From IMG/VR virus record IMGVR_UViG_3300015214_000026, positions 64,001-128,000 of that record: a DNA stretch of 64,000 nt; one strand, given 5' to 3'. Made by a program: the position numbers and the translations under genes. Below are positions 1 through 8,967 of this stretch, piece by piece; positions within the stretch are counted from its first letter, which is position 1, and every line of letters begins with the position of its first letter. This DNA comes from a virus (lineage: Duplodnaviria; Caudoviricetes). The notes below the pieces were generated by a model. It saw nothing but the letters and a program-made list of their open reading frames with translations, was not told where the DNA came from and ran no database searches.

Positions 1-162
1 GAAGTTCTTATTGCAATCAAAGATGGAATTGTAGATGGTTTCTCTATGCCAGAAGGATTGTTCGGCGGTGAGCGTAAAATTCAGACTCTTCGATTGAAGA
101 ATCGAGAACTCGGTGAGAAGCTTCGTGAGTCAACCTTGAAAGGGTTTGGTATAGAAGCTTAA
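1..162 (+). CDS. Hypothetical protein, 3' end only (truncated by window)
   Basis: Frame 1 is open from base 1 (EVLIAIKDG...GFGIEA) to TAA at 160-162. Confidence 0.6.
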   Translation, partial: EVLIAIKDGIVDGFSMPEGLFGGERKIQTLRLKNRELGEKLRESTLKGFGIEA

Positions 163-191
163 ATAACTACGGAATAAAAAGGAACAGAATC

Positions 192-446
192 ATGAGTGAT
201 GGAAACTTTGTTATCCTAATGTATCTAATCGCTTTAATTATGAAGCCGATCTTGTCTTTGGCGTTCTTTTTCATGGTTGTGGACTACGCGGTTAACCGCG
301 TTACCGACCGGAAGCGGGTATATGTAACAGCGGAAGGCATTCAAAAGACCACGTATTTCGCATCGTGGACAGTCAAACTTTTTGTCGTCTCCCTTATTTT
401 GTGGGGGATACCCATCGTCCTGCTTTTCGGGCCAGCTTTATTTTGA
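192..446 (+). CDS. Small membrane protein (2 predicted TM segments)
   Basis: AAAGGA SD; two long hydrophobic stretches. Confidence 0.75.
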   Translation: MSDGNFVILMYLIALIMKPILSLAFFFMVVDYAVNRVTDRKRVYVTAEGIQKTTYFASWTVKLFVVSLILWGIPIVLLFGPALF

Positions 447-458
447 TTCTGATTATCG

Positions 459-487
459 AAATGGGGAGGATTGGTCCTCCCCATTTT
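459..487 (+). terminator. Intrinsic terminator hairpin
   Basis: AAATGGGGAGGA-ttgg-TCCTCCCCATTT perfect 12-bp stem ending in a T run. Confidence 0.8.
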
Positions 488-540
488 ACGTTTGAAAAAT
501 GTGCATAATCTGGAGCTGGGAAAGGTCTGAACCCAAGGTC

Positions 541-599
541 AAAAAAATGCAGATTTTTTTGAGAAATGGCTTGACATTCATATGGGGATATCGTATATT
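541..599 (+). promoter_or_regulatory. Strong sigma70-type early promoter with A/T-tract UP region
   Basis: TTGACA (571-576), 17-bp spacer, TATATT (594-599); A7 and T7 tracts upstream. Confidence 0.85.
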
Positions 600-644
600 G
601 GAATCATAGAGATTCACACATACCCAACCCGAAAGGATCAGACC

Positions 645-1175
645 ATGACCAAGATCAAGACCTCCAAGACCACCCGCAAGGCCGCTCCGCATACCGCGAT
701 CATGGGTGCCGTCACCAAGTCCCTGTCGGATGGCCGTATGCGCGCCTTCATGGACAACCCGTCCGAGGAAACCCGTGACGCCATCGTCGATCAGGTTCGG
801 AAGAACCTCACCGCCCTGATGAAGGGAAAGAAGGTCAAGTCGGCGCCGAAGACCGCGAAGACGGAAAAGACCGAAAAGGTTACGAAGTCGAAGCGTCTGG
901 CGAAGAAGGTCCGCGCCGCTGACGAAATGTCGAAGACGGAAAAGACGATCAATCGGATCGCGTTGAAGTCTCACGCCGCTGTCCTTCGGATCAAGAGCCG
1001 CACGGACGACGCCGACAAGATCAAGTCTTCGGTTTCCCGCCTCTTGAAGAAACAGGGACTCGACGTTGTGTCCGTCCGTGGAACCGGGACCGCCAAGATC
1101 GAACGTTCTGGTCAGATTTTCGCGGTGAAGTTCACCAAGACGGCCCCGACGGTTTCCTTCATCGGTAACGCCTAA
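645..1175 (+). CDS. Lys/Arg-rich basic early protein, putative DNA-binding (176 aa)
   Basis: SD AAAGGA at 632-637 then ATG 645; K/T/A-rich (KTAKTEKTEK); GC-rich codons unlike neighbours. Confidence 0.8.
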   Translation: MTKIKTSKTTRKAAPHTAIMGAVTKSLSDGRMRAFMDNPSEETRDAIVDQVRKNLTALMKGKKVKSAPKTAKTEKTEKVTKSKRLAKKVRAADEMSKTEKTINRIALKSHAAVLRIKSRTDDADKIKSSVSRLLKKQGLDVVSVRGTGTAKIERSGQIFAVKFTKTAPTVSFIGNA

Positions 1176-1198
1176 ACCAACCATCCATCATCATCTGG

Positions 1199-1228
1199 CA
1201 GAAGGCGGGAAACGTTTCCCGCCTTCTG
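1199..1228. terminator. Perfect 30-bp palindrome / hairpin after the basic protein gene
   Basis: CAGAAGGCGGGAAACGTTTCCCGCCTTCTG is its own reverse complement; U tail is weak. Confidence 0.65.
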
Positions 1229-1250
1229 GTCGTTTCAGAAGTGTTTCAAA

Positions 1251-1460
1251 ATGAGTGAATACGCTTTCGTGTTTTACAAGGGCACGCTGTACAAGGCGAC
1301 ATACGTCTCCGAAACGTATGAGAAAATTGCAATCGATTTGAATGAGCATAAATCGGAATATGAAGTCGATTCTCATTCATTCAAGATGAATGATCCCCGA
1401 ATCGTCGTAATTAGGGAAGCCGGTCTTCGCGCTGATTTGCTTAATAAACTAACGCGGTAA
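1251..1460 (+). CDS. Hypothetical protein
   Basis: ORF within tightly packed co-oriented early array. Confidence 0.65.
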   Translation: MSEYAFVFYKGTLYKATYVSETYEKIAIDLNEHKSEYEVDSHSFKMNDPRIVVIREAGLRADLLNKLTR

Positions 1461-1492
1461 CTTACCGCTATCAATGGAAAAGGAGATTTAAT

Positions 1493-1777
1493 ATGACTGG
1501 CTATATGACTAACATGGACCTTTCTCATAAGCGGTTTGTGGAACAGGCCGCGAAGGAAACAGGGTTCAACGTTGAATTTCGCGACCATCCAATGCCGGCG
1601 GCTTTGTATGATGATTGGGAAGAAATAGACCCGGTGACTGGTATCATCGAGCCTCCAACGTATAATCCAGATAAATTTGTTGGCGTGTATGGTTCAGTTT
1701 ACACGAATGAGCCGTATCACAAAGACCATAGCTCATTTTGGAAAGCCTATGATCGTATTCGGGCAGAAGCAGAATGA
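1493..1777 (+). CDS. Hypothetical protein
   Basis: Strong SD AAAGGAG upstream. Confidence 0.75.
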   Translation: MTGYMTNMDLSHKRFVEQAAKETGFNVEFRDHPMPAALYDDWEEIDPVTGIIEPPTYNPDKFVGVYGSVYTNEPYHKDHSSFWKAYDRIRAEAE

Positions 1778-1784
1778 TATAACA

Positions 1785-1868
1785 ATGCGAGAAATTCTTT
1801 ACGACACTTCTGCCACCGGACTTATGGAGGCGCTTACCTTCATTATGGAGCAGTTAACGAAAGGATAA
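1785..1868 (+). CDS. 27-aa peptide or gene remnant (MREILYDT...)
   Basis: Fills the gap between genes; first 15 coding nt identical to those of the gene at 2200. Confidence 0.4.
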   Translation: MREILYDTSATGLMEALTFIMEQLTKG

Positions 1869-1871
1869 CCC

Positions 1872-2195
1872 ATGGACTACGTGTATGTACCAAATATCGT
1901 GGAAGGCAATGGAAAAACCATTCGTGAAAACAATTTGGAGAAGCAACACTCCATTCCAAAAGGAACGTTGGTTGAAGTTAACATTCCGTACAGTGAGCAC
2001 CATGGCATTCGATTATTCGTAACTCATTACGAGCGGGATTGTGATGGATCGCCACTATATGGCTTATACCACAAACCAGAGTTCGATCCTTTGGACGTTG
2101 ATCTTTTTCCCAACGCGAAGCATCTGGATCGATTTCGATTTGTATCCGGGTTCAGTGACGATTGTTTAATTGTTATTTCTCGTGAAGAAAGGTAA
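1872..2195 (+). CDS. Hypothetical protein
   Basis: SD AAAGGA; 107-aa ORF. Confidence 0.75.
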   Translation: MDYVYVPNIVEGNGKTIRENNLEKQHSIPKGTLVEVNIPYSEHHGIRLFVTHYERDCDGSPLYGLYHKPEFDPLDVDLFPNAKHLDRFRFVSGFSDDCLIVISREER

Positions 2196-2199
2196 GCTA

Positions 2200-2442
2200 A
2201 TGCGAGAAATTCTTCAAACCGAAGACAATGAAACCGGAGAAACGTTGGAAACTCCTATCCTTCTGGCAACCGCTTCTGTAGCGGACCCGATGATGGTTAA
2301 CTTTGTGGTTAACCAGCCTGTTGGTAACGATGGCCGATCTGAATGGCAATGGTTTCGTCTCGCTAATGGTGATTTGATTCTTGGTGTGTTTCCTTGTGGA
2401 GATACGTATACCGAGACTGAAGCGGATCCTAACAGGCCATAA
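2200..2442 (+). CDS. Hypothetical protein
   Basis: ATG 2200 after AAAGG. Confidence 0.7.
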   Translation: MREILQTEDNETGETLETPILLATASVADPMMVNFVVNQPVGNDGRSEWQWFRLANGDLILGVFPCGDTYTETEADPNRP

Positions 2443-2443
2443 A

Positions 2444-2635
2444 ATGATTACAATCAGTAAATTTCAACGGGCGGCTGAAAGATTGACCGCCCGGTATTAC
2501 CGACGATTTCCTAATATGCGCGGAACACACAAATGGGACGCCACGTCTATCAAAGATCGTTGGTATCGCCGCCAGACATGTCACGTAGTCAGAGAAAGGC
2601 TAGGTAATAATAGAGAAAGGGAATTATGTTACTAA
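2444..2635 (+). CDS. Small basic hypothetical protein
   Basis: ATG just after the upstream stop; Arg-rich. Confidence 0.6.
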   Translation: MITISKFQRAAERLTARYYRRFPNMRGTHKWDATSIKDRWYRRQTCHVVRERLGNNRERELCY

Positions 2636-2853
2636 CTTATAGTTCATTGGCAATAAATGATCCGAAGGCTACCCACAGAGTCATTACCGCTCACAATGAT
2701 ACTGGTTTTGGAGTGTACGGATATTATGATGAGTTCACAGCTCACGCTGTTGCGCGAAACCTTCGCAAGGCTGATTACGAATGTCGTATTGAACCGCATT
2801 CCATGTCCACATTAACAGGGGTTCATCCCGCTATACTGACTGGAAGACTATAG
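2626..2853 (+). CDS. Hypothetical protein
   Basis: SD AAAGGG; packed array. Confidence 0.7.
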   Translation: MLLTYSSLAINDPKATHRVITAHNDTGFGVYGYYDEFTAHAVARNLRKADYECRIEPHSMSTLTGVHPAILTGRL

Positions 2854-2865
2854 GGAGTTAAACAA

Positions 2866-3093
2866 ATGATAACACAAACAGCTAAATCAATAGTTGAGAG
2901 ACGTGTGGGGCGTATACTCCATATTGGGGATCAACTTATGCATCCAGCGCATGGTTTAGTTGAATTAGTAGAAGGGCAATTTTGGGGTACATATGGGATA
3001 TCTAATTTCTGGTATTGGCGTAAAGTAGGTAAACGCGGCAAACCCATTGGTAAATTATATTCGGGATATATGGAGGGTTGGATTACGTTATGA
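2866..3093 (+). CDS. Hypothetical protein
   Basis: SD GGGAG. Confidence 0.7.
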   Translation: MITQTAKSIVERRVGRILHIGDQLMHPAHGLVELVEGQFWGTYGISNFWYWRKVGKRGKPIGKLYSGYMEGWITL

Positions 3094-3290
3094 AAACAAT
3101 CTGGTATCTAATGCTTGGTCTATCTGCGGGGTATTTCTTTGTAGCGGCATTTCATTCTATCGCTTACCTGATTACCCGAACAGAAGCTGAACAAACGTTG
3201 GGTGCGATCGAATCAAGCCTTCTACGTTTCATGTTTTGGTTAGGAATAGCAGTTATTATAGGATTTTTTTCGGGGATAAGAAAGGAATAG
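3090..3290 (+). CDS. Small membrane protein (2 TM)
   Basis: ATGA overlap with upstream stop; two hydrophobic helices. Confidence 0.7.
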   Translation: MKTIWYLMLGLSAGYFFVAAFHSIAYLITRTEAEQTLGAIESSLLRFMFWLGIAVIIGFFSGIRKE

Positions 3291-3295
3291 CTAAA

Positions 3296-3934
3296 ATGAA
3301 GATACGCTTCATCGGTGATGTGCACGGGAAATTCAAAACTTATAGGAAGCGTATCCGTAATATACCTTACAGTGTTCAGATCGGGGATATGGGGGTAGGC
3401 TTCAAGAAAAGAGTTGGTGATGATTTAGTAAACCTAGCCAATCCACCTTTTGATTCCATGTCAAAAGGAACGCATTATTTTATTCGTGGGAACCACGATA
3501 ACCCAGCGTATTGCAGGAATCATCCGTGTTGGATTGCAGACGGCACATATATGGATGGGGTATTCTACGTTGGAGGCGGGTTGTCCGTTGATAAGTATAG
3601 GCGAATAGAAGGTCTTAATTGGTGGCCTGACGAGGAATGTTCAACAGAAGAGCTGTATTCAATCGCAGATAGATACAGGAGAATCAGACCAAACGTTGTA
3701 GTTAGCCATGATTGCCCCGCTACCGTAGCAGAATCCATTATGGAGGTTAATAGAGCTAAACATAGACTTCCTAGTGTGACTAGGTTTGCATTAGAGTCAA
3801 TGTTTGATTTTCATCAACCAAAGTTGTGGATTTTCGGCCATTGGCATAAAAACATGCGGTTTTCTTATCGAGGTACAGACTTTATATGCCTAGATGAACT
3901 ATCCTATGTGGACATAGACATGGAGGCTTTCTAA
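3296..3934 (+). CDS. Calcineurin-like metallophosphoesterase
   Basis: All metal motifs present: GDVHG, IGDMG, RGNHD, SHD, FGHWH; SD AAAGGA. Confidence 0.9.
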   Translation: MKIRFIGDVHGKFKTYRKRIRNIPYSVQIGDMGVGFKKRVGDDLVNLANPPFDSMSKGTHYFIRGNHDNPAYCRNHPCWIADGTYMDGVFYVGGGLSVDKYRRIEGLNWWPDEECSTEELYSIADRYRRIRPNVVVSHDCPATVAESIMEVNRAKHRLPSVTRFALESMFDFHQPKLWIFGHWHKNMRFSYRGTDFICLDELSYVDIDMEAF

Positions 3935-4158
3935 TGGCTATTATACGAGTAATGGGGCATGAATACACCAAGATAATAAATGAAGAAAAGGACGGTATTC
4001 ATTCGGTCAAGAAGGTAAGGGACATTACCATAAGGGAATTTGAAGAAACCCCAAATGGTTTGATTATGCTAAATCCTGATGGTTCGCGTGGATTTAGGTA
4101 CGCTAAATCAATTCTTGAAGAATACGGTTGGATTGAGCTGGACGTATTCCAACGTTGA
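3934..4158 (+). CDS. Hypothetical protein
   Basis: TAATG stop/start coupling. Confidence 0.7.
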   Translation: MAIIRVMGHEYTKIINEEKDGIHSVKKVRDITIREFEETPNGLIMLNPDGSRGFRYAKSILEEYGWIELDVFQR

Positions 4159-4171
4159 GGGAGATAGAATC

Positions 4172-4642
4172 ATGAACATGAATAGGCAACTGTTAGATTC
4201 CATTAATGGTCTAGCCAAAAAAACATGGCTAGGCAATGACAAGATAACTGACGAGAATATGGATGAATGGTATAAGCATTGGATTAAATGTGGAAGAACG
4301 ATAGCGAATAATTTTCGTAGAGAAAATCTACATATTACCGCTAAGTATATAGACGATTTTATAAATGGGGAGGAAAAAGGTTTTAGTGCTTCCTTCGTAA
4401 ATAATAGTAAGGAAAGGGAATTTAAAGAAGCTAGAAATTCAGGTGAATTTATTGGATTCGATAAAACGCTATTTCTAAAAATGATTGGGATGGGCGAGAT
4501 TGAGGGCAAGACTTGGAAATACAATTCCAAGCAAGAAGAATGGTCTGAATGGTGGTCTAATTTGAGTAAAGAAACTCGTAAACAAATAGCTCTTCAAGTG
4601 GAAATGGCTTTCGGACGCGAAGCCTATCAGAATAAGGACTAG
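4172..4642 (+). CDS. Hypothetical protein
   Basis: SD GAGGGAG before ATG 4172. Confidence 0.75.
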   Translation: MNMNRQLLDSINGLAKKTWLGNDKITDENMDEWYKHWIKCGRTIANNFRRENLHITAKYIDDFINGEEKGFSASFVNNSKEREFKEARNSGEFIGFDKTLFLKMIGMGEIEGKTWKYNSKQEEWSEWWSNLSKETRKQIALQVEMAFGREAYQNKD

Positions 4643-4646
4643 GAGT

Positions 4647-4961
4647 ATGCGAGCAGAATTGGATATTATATTCGTCAGAATGCAGATCGATATTCTAAAA
4701 GATTTGGTGGAGAATCCCTCTGACCCAAATACTACATGGCGTAGATGGTTGCCTAGTCGTTGGATGGATTGGCGTCGCCAAATGTATTATTCCGCGGTGG
4801 ATGAGTTGAAGCGGCTGAAGCTAATTCATGTTTATGGTGTGGCAGGCAATATAACTCCCTCTTTCAGAGGCGTTAATGCGTATAATAAAATGAAGGAGAT
4901 GGAGTTTAACACGTCCACTTTTCGTTGGCTTATGACTGAACAACAGCTTAGGACAGAATAA
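4647..4961 (+). CDS. Hypothetical protein
   Basis: SD AGGAG. Confidence 0.7.
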   Translation: MRAELDIIFVRMQIDILKDLVENPSDPNTTWRRWLPSRWMDWRRQMYYSAVDELKRLKLIHVYGVAGNITPSFRGVNAYNKMKEMEFNTSTFRWLMTEQQLRTE

Positions 4962-5236
4962 TGAAGCAGTATTTGGAAATCGATGTTTCTATGTTGTCTG
5001 ATGGCGCTAAGAAAAAGCTAATGGACAACTATAGGAATATCCATGTTTATGAAATGGAATTGATGGGTGTATATGAGCATTATATTATAATTGAGGTAGA
5101 CACTTCTACGCATGGTCATAATTTCAATCATGTACATATCATCAAGGAAGTCAAGCTTTCGGATAAGCCATTTGCCGATAAAGCCCGGACTGTTCTTGAG
5201 GCTTTTCAAAAGAAATACCCCGATTTTCAAGAATAA
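4961..5236 (+). CDS. Hypothetical protein
   Basis: TAATG coupling. Confidence 0.7.
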   Translation: MKQYLEIDVSMLSDGAKKKLMDNYRNIHVYEMELMGVYEHYIIIEVDTSTHGHNFNHVHIIKEVKLSDKPFADKARTVLEAFQKKYPDFQE

Positions 5237-5302
5237 AAAGGGATAAGACGTTATACGGTAGCGCCAAAAATAATACTCGACGGCAAAAACCTTATAAGGA
5301 AT

Positions 5303-5674
5303 ATGATGGTGTCGAAGAAACCTAAAATTCGCGTAGGTTCAAAAATATTTGATTTGGAAGTACCCGGCGTGGATGATTTTGGAGCTGAGACGATATTTAA
5401 TACTAAGATTGCGGTACATTATAAATGTAGGACTACTAAATCTGATGTTGTTCCATATACGTATACGTTTTATGCGTTAATGGCCGGCGATTGGGTTTAT
5501 ATAGATAAACCAAGACTTAAAAATTTATTCTCACACACTGAATTAGGCGTACTGTTTACAAAATTTGAAAATTATTTACATAGCTTGCGGTCAAATACCA
5601 TTTTTGTTGGGCGTGAAATGAAGAACATAATGCGAGGACCCTACGAAACAGGAATACGGTACACTGGAGATTAG
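5303..5674 (+). CDS. Hypothetical protein
   Basis: SD AAGGA. Confidence 0.7.
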   Translation: MMVSKKPKIRVGSKIFDLEVPGVDDFGAETIFNTKIAVHYKCRTTKSDVVPYTYTFYALMAGDWVYIDKPRLKNLFSHTELGVLFTKFENYLHSLRSNTIFVGREMKNIMRGPYETGIRYTGD

Positions 5675-5676
5675 CT

Positions 5677-5988
5677 ATGACGGATTTCAAATATATAGTC
5701 ATTCGCGTAAATGATACATACGATTATCCATTCTTCTTTCCTAACAAAGTTTGTCACGACGATATGGCCGATGCCGCTCGTCATGCTATTGTCGTCAGTA
5801 TCCAAGGTGATGGCGGCAAACAATGGGAGACTAAAATTGTCAGTGCTGGATTTATTAGCATTGAAGACATGGTAGTTACTAAACACGGCTCAGAAACGTT
5901 GGGTATTATATCTAATAAAGATAGAGCTGTGGAGGACCAGCGAATGTTTAATACTTTCAATTATAATCATGGCATAGTCGGTGTATAA
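5677..5988 (+). CDS. Hypothetical protein
   Basis: SD GGAG. Confidence 0.7.
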   Translation: MTDFKYIVIRVNDTYDYPFFFPNKVCHDDMADAARHAIVVSIQGDGGKQWETKIVSAGFISIEDMVVTKHGSETLGIISNKDRAVEDQRMFNTFNYNHGIVGV

Positions 5989-5991
5989 TTT

Positions 5992-6390
5992 ATGCGGTAT
6001 AAAGAATGGGAAACTTCTCATGTTAATACGGAAGTAATGGATCGTTTGTTTAAAAAAGCTAAATCACAAAAGACCTTTGTTAAAACATCTAGACACGCAG
6101 CAGCTGTAGTATACAAAGACAAAATTATTTGTATAGGCGAAAATAAAAACAAAACGCATCCGTTTATGGTTAAACACGGCCCTAAAAATCATAAAAAGAC
6201 CCAATTACACGCAGAAATGGATTGCCTTATCAAGACTATAAACAAGTTTGGTGTTGAAATTCTATCAGAGTGCGTTATGTACTCTCTCCGTGTAACGAAT
6301 ACGGATAAAATAGCGTCAGCGAAACCATGTCCAGTGTGTATGGACGCTATACGAATTTTTAAATTGAAAAATGTTTATTGGACTAGTTAA
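5992..6390 (+). CDS. Zn-dependent cytidine/dCMP deaminase-superfamily protein
   Basis: HAE (HAEMDCL) and PCxxC (KPCPVC) Zn motifs. Confidence 0.85.
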   Translation: MRYKEWETSHVNTEVMDRLFKKAKSQKTFVKTSRHAAAVVYKDKIICIGENKNKTHPFMVKHGPKNHKKTQLHAEMDCLIKTINKFGVEILSECVMYSLRVTNTDKIASAKPCPVCMDAIRIFKLKNVYWTS

Positions 6391-6405
6391 GTGGATAGGA
6401 TTAAC

Positions 6406-6612
6406 ATGAAAACATATACTTGCGCATATAAATTTAATGGTAAGAATTATGTTGTTCATATAGAGGCAGAGGATTTTGCAGACGCTTCTAGGCGTCTTCG
6501 AGCAATTGGTATGACTGCGCAGGTAGACGGGGAATTGGTTGCGGAAGGTAATTTATATCCGTTGAATTGGATAAATAAGCTTGCCAGAATAATCTTAGGA
6601 GATGCAAAATGA
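6406..6612 (+). CDS. Hypothetical protein
   Basis: SD AGGA then ATG 6406. Confidence 0.7.
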   Translation: MKTYTCAYKFNGKNYVVHIEAEDFADASRRLRAIGMTAQVDGELVAEGNLYPLNWINKLARIILGDAK

Positions 6613-6655
6613 CCGAAGAATTGTCGAGCGGTATGGTTTAATCTGGAGATAAATT

Positions 6656-6859
6656 ATGCCTGATGAAGTCGGTACAATAACCATATATGTAAATAAAGCT
6701 GGTAAATATCAAGCTAAGTTTACATATTGGAACGATGAATTGTTTTGGTATTCTCAAGACTACGATAATATAGATTCGTTGAAGAACGCTTTAGAACGTA
6801 TTAAAGCTTATACGCATTCTGCTAAAATAGTAAATCTTGTGGATAATCTTAATGGATAA
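6656..6859 (+). CDS. DUF1508/YegP-like small protein
   Basis: Pattern IYVNKAGKYQ...NDEL..SQDY...NALERIK...AKIV resembles the YegP repeat. Confidence 0.55.
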   Translation: MPDEVGTITIYVNKAGKYQAKFTYWNDELFWYSQDYDNIDSLKNALERIKAYTHSAKIVNLVDNLNG

Positions 6860-7271
6860 AATATTCCCTATTAATTTATATCCCTCTGGTAGGCAGGGTG
6901 GTATTACTAGAGACTTTAAAGAAAACTTTCTAAAAACAAGGAAAGAGTCAATATACGCGGATTATATATGGTACGCAGTAACTGTATCCATTCTGTCAAA
7001 TTCTTCTGTAGAATACCATGTTCATGATATTCTAGACAATGTATATGGTGGTGTAGGTAAGAAGCTATATACCATTACGGCGGAAGTAAACCCCAATGTC
7101 ATAGAACCGTATATTAGGCAGCGCCTATATGATATGGCGGAAGAAGAAATAGATAGGGAGGAAAAGCAACGCCGTCATAATGCGATTAACGCTAGGGCTA
7201 ATCAAATATCCAGACGTATCGGTGTATACCCTACGCTAAAAAAGTCAAAGGAAACTATTAATGACGGTTGA
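6852..7271 (+). CDS. Hypothetical protein
   Basis: Overlapping coupling in packed array. Confidence 0.7.
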   Translation: MDKIFPINLYPSGRQGGITRDFKENFLKTRKESIYADYIWYAVTVSILSNSSVEYHVHDILDNVYGGVGKKLYTITAEVNPNVIEPYIRQRLYDMAEEEIDREEKQRRHNAINARANQISRRIGVYPTLKKSKETINDG

Positions 7272-7569
7272 TGAAATCATTGCCTATTATGAAACAATTG
7301 AACCCCCTACTGAATCAATATCACAGCTAATAATGGAAATTACAAGGCTGCGTGCGGAAAAATTTAGTACTACGGCGAAGCAAAAATATGATGAACGTAA
7401 ACGTCTTAGGATCGAAAATGGTCTTCGACGTGAGCAGAAGCGAAAAGAAAAACTCGATAAAGATGAAGAAATGGAGAATTTAGTAATCTCTATAGGTACA
7501 TCGCTACAGCGAATAGCGGATGTAATGGAACTATGGGCTGACCTACAAAAAGAGTCAGCAAACAATTGA
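7261..7569 (+). CDS. Hypothetical coiled-coil protein
   Basis: SD AAAGGA; charged helical composition. Confidence 0.7.
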   Translation: MTVDEIIAYYETIEPPTESISQLIMEITRLRAEKFSTTAKQKYDERKRLRIENGLRREQKRKEKLDKDEEMENLVISIGTSLQRIADVMELWADLQKESANN

Positions 7570-7607
7570 ATACTAATTCTTTATTAAACGTAGAAAGGAA
7601 CAATGAC

Positions 7608-7874
7608 ATGACTCGTTCAAAGATTCAGGAGAAGGTAGATTACATTCTAACAGATTTCTATGACAATAGTGATGGGACTAAGTTTTCTATTCAGAAAACT
7701 ACTGATGAAATTCTTGCAGTAATTCGTCTAGAAAAGATTAATACTAAGGCTGCTCGTACTCGTTCCGTTCATCGCGACGCAGTAACTGGTAAGTTTTTGT
7801 CTAAAGAAGTAGCAGAATCCCGTCCTAATACTACTATTCTTCAAAAAATTAAACAGAAGTTTCTACCAAAGTAG
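7608..7874 (+). CDS. Hypothetical protein with C-terminal RDAVTGKF...RPNTT motif
   Basis: SD AAAGGA; motif recalled from small bacterial hypothetical proteins. Confidence 0.7.
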   Translation: MTRSKIQEKVDYILTDFYDNSDGTKFSIQKTTDEILAVIRLEKINTKAARTRSVHRDAVTGKFLSKEVAESRPNTTILQKIKQKFLPK

Positions 7875-7897
7875 GTAGCTTAAACAAAGTTAGGTAC

Positions 7898-8068
7898 ATG
7901 CAAAATATCGTGTATTTAATAATTATACTATTTCCTGCTTCACCGTCCGACAATATAAAAATAGATGTTGTCGGACGGTATACCGTAGCTCAATGTGATT
8001 TTATAAAAAATACTATATCACCTAAACATAATCAACTAGTAGTGTGCGCTAACATAAGAGATTTGTAA
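7898..8068 (+). CDS. 56-aa protein with hydrophobic N-terminus and two Cys (below ORF-track cutoff)
   Basis: MQNIVYLIIILFP...VCANIRDL; TAATG coupling to the next gene. Confidence 0.55.
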   Translation: MQNIVYLIIILFPASPSDNIKIDVVGRYTVAQCDFIKNTISPKHNQLVVCANIRDL

Positions 8069-8967
8069 TGTCTGATAAATTTCAATATCTTCCAACGTCC
8101 ATAGTTTATCAGATGATTAGAACTAAAAAGCCAGATAATTTCTTTCGGCTTAAATACAAAGATAAGAGTTATCAGCTTTCTATTTTTGAATTTACAAAAA
8201 CTGATTTGGCTAAAATTTACAGAGTAGACGGTAATGCTGCACTGTTTGTTGGTTCAGTTTCTACTAAAGGCCAAGAATATGATCTTCATGCGAAATCAAT
8301 AAGCATAGATGAAATAAAGAAGGTATTGAAAAAGTTTCCTAGAATCGCTGTACTTTCTGTGAATAGGGGCAATGGAGAAGCTAAGAAATTCGTCCCCGTT
8401 ATTTCTATTGCCTTTGAAGATATGAATTTAGTGGATTCTTTAAAAAGAGAAACTTTAAAGACATATCTATCTCACTCTGATAAGCCTAGAGACGGCCAAA
8501 GAAATGCCCTATATAGGTGGGAAAGTAGAGAATTAATCAAGTTTACAGGCAAAAACGGTGAGAAGGCTATCCCTCTAGGTAAATTAAATTCTTATGCTAA
8601 GAAGATTATAGGTTTCTTTAATCTACCTATGGATAAGATTCATGTGACAAATGAATCTACTAGAAGCGCAAAGAAATTGGGTGCCTGTCGTGTCATCAAG
8701 GATGATATTACCGCAGAGAATCCTAATTTCGCTATTTTGAACATACACGATTCTACATTAAATACGTTGGTTCATGAAATAGCCCATCTTGTTTGTTATT
8801 TTAAGCATAAATCAATATCTTCTCATGGCGCTGAATATACAGGCGTTTATGCTTATCTGATTAGCAAAGTATTTCAAGCAGAAATGAAAGATGTTATAGA
8901 ATCTATGAAGGCTGGAGGACTAAAAGTTTCTAAATTTATCGGCCCTAATAAGGTTATGAAACTATGA
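8068..8967 (+). CDS. Protein with C-terminal SprT/Wss1-like zincin domain
   Basis: TLVHEIAHLV followed by SHGAEY (HEXXH plus distal H). Confidence 0.7.
   Translation: MSDKFQYLPTSIVYQMIRTKKPDNFFRLKYKDKSYQLSIFEFTKTDLAKIYRVDGNAALFVGSVSTKGQEYDLHAKSISIDEIKKVLKKFPRIAVLSVNRGNGEAKKFVPVISIAFEDMNLVDSLKRETLKTYLSHSDKPRDGQRNALYRWESRELIKFTGKNGEKAIPLGKLNSYAKKIIGFFNLPMDKIHVTNESTRSAKKLGACRVIKDDITAENPNFAILNIHDSTLNTLVHEIAHLVCYFKHKSISSHGAEYTGVYAYLISKVFQAEMKDVIESMKAGGLKVSKFIGPNKVMKL

Noticed and set aside
486-1184. 232-aa antisense ORF over the basic early gene
   Set aside because: Shadow of GC-rich biased codons; promoter, SD and hairpins all support the + strand gene
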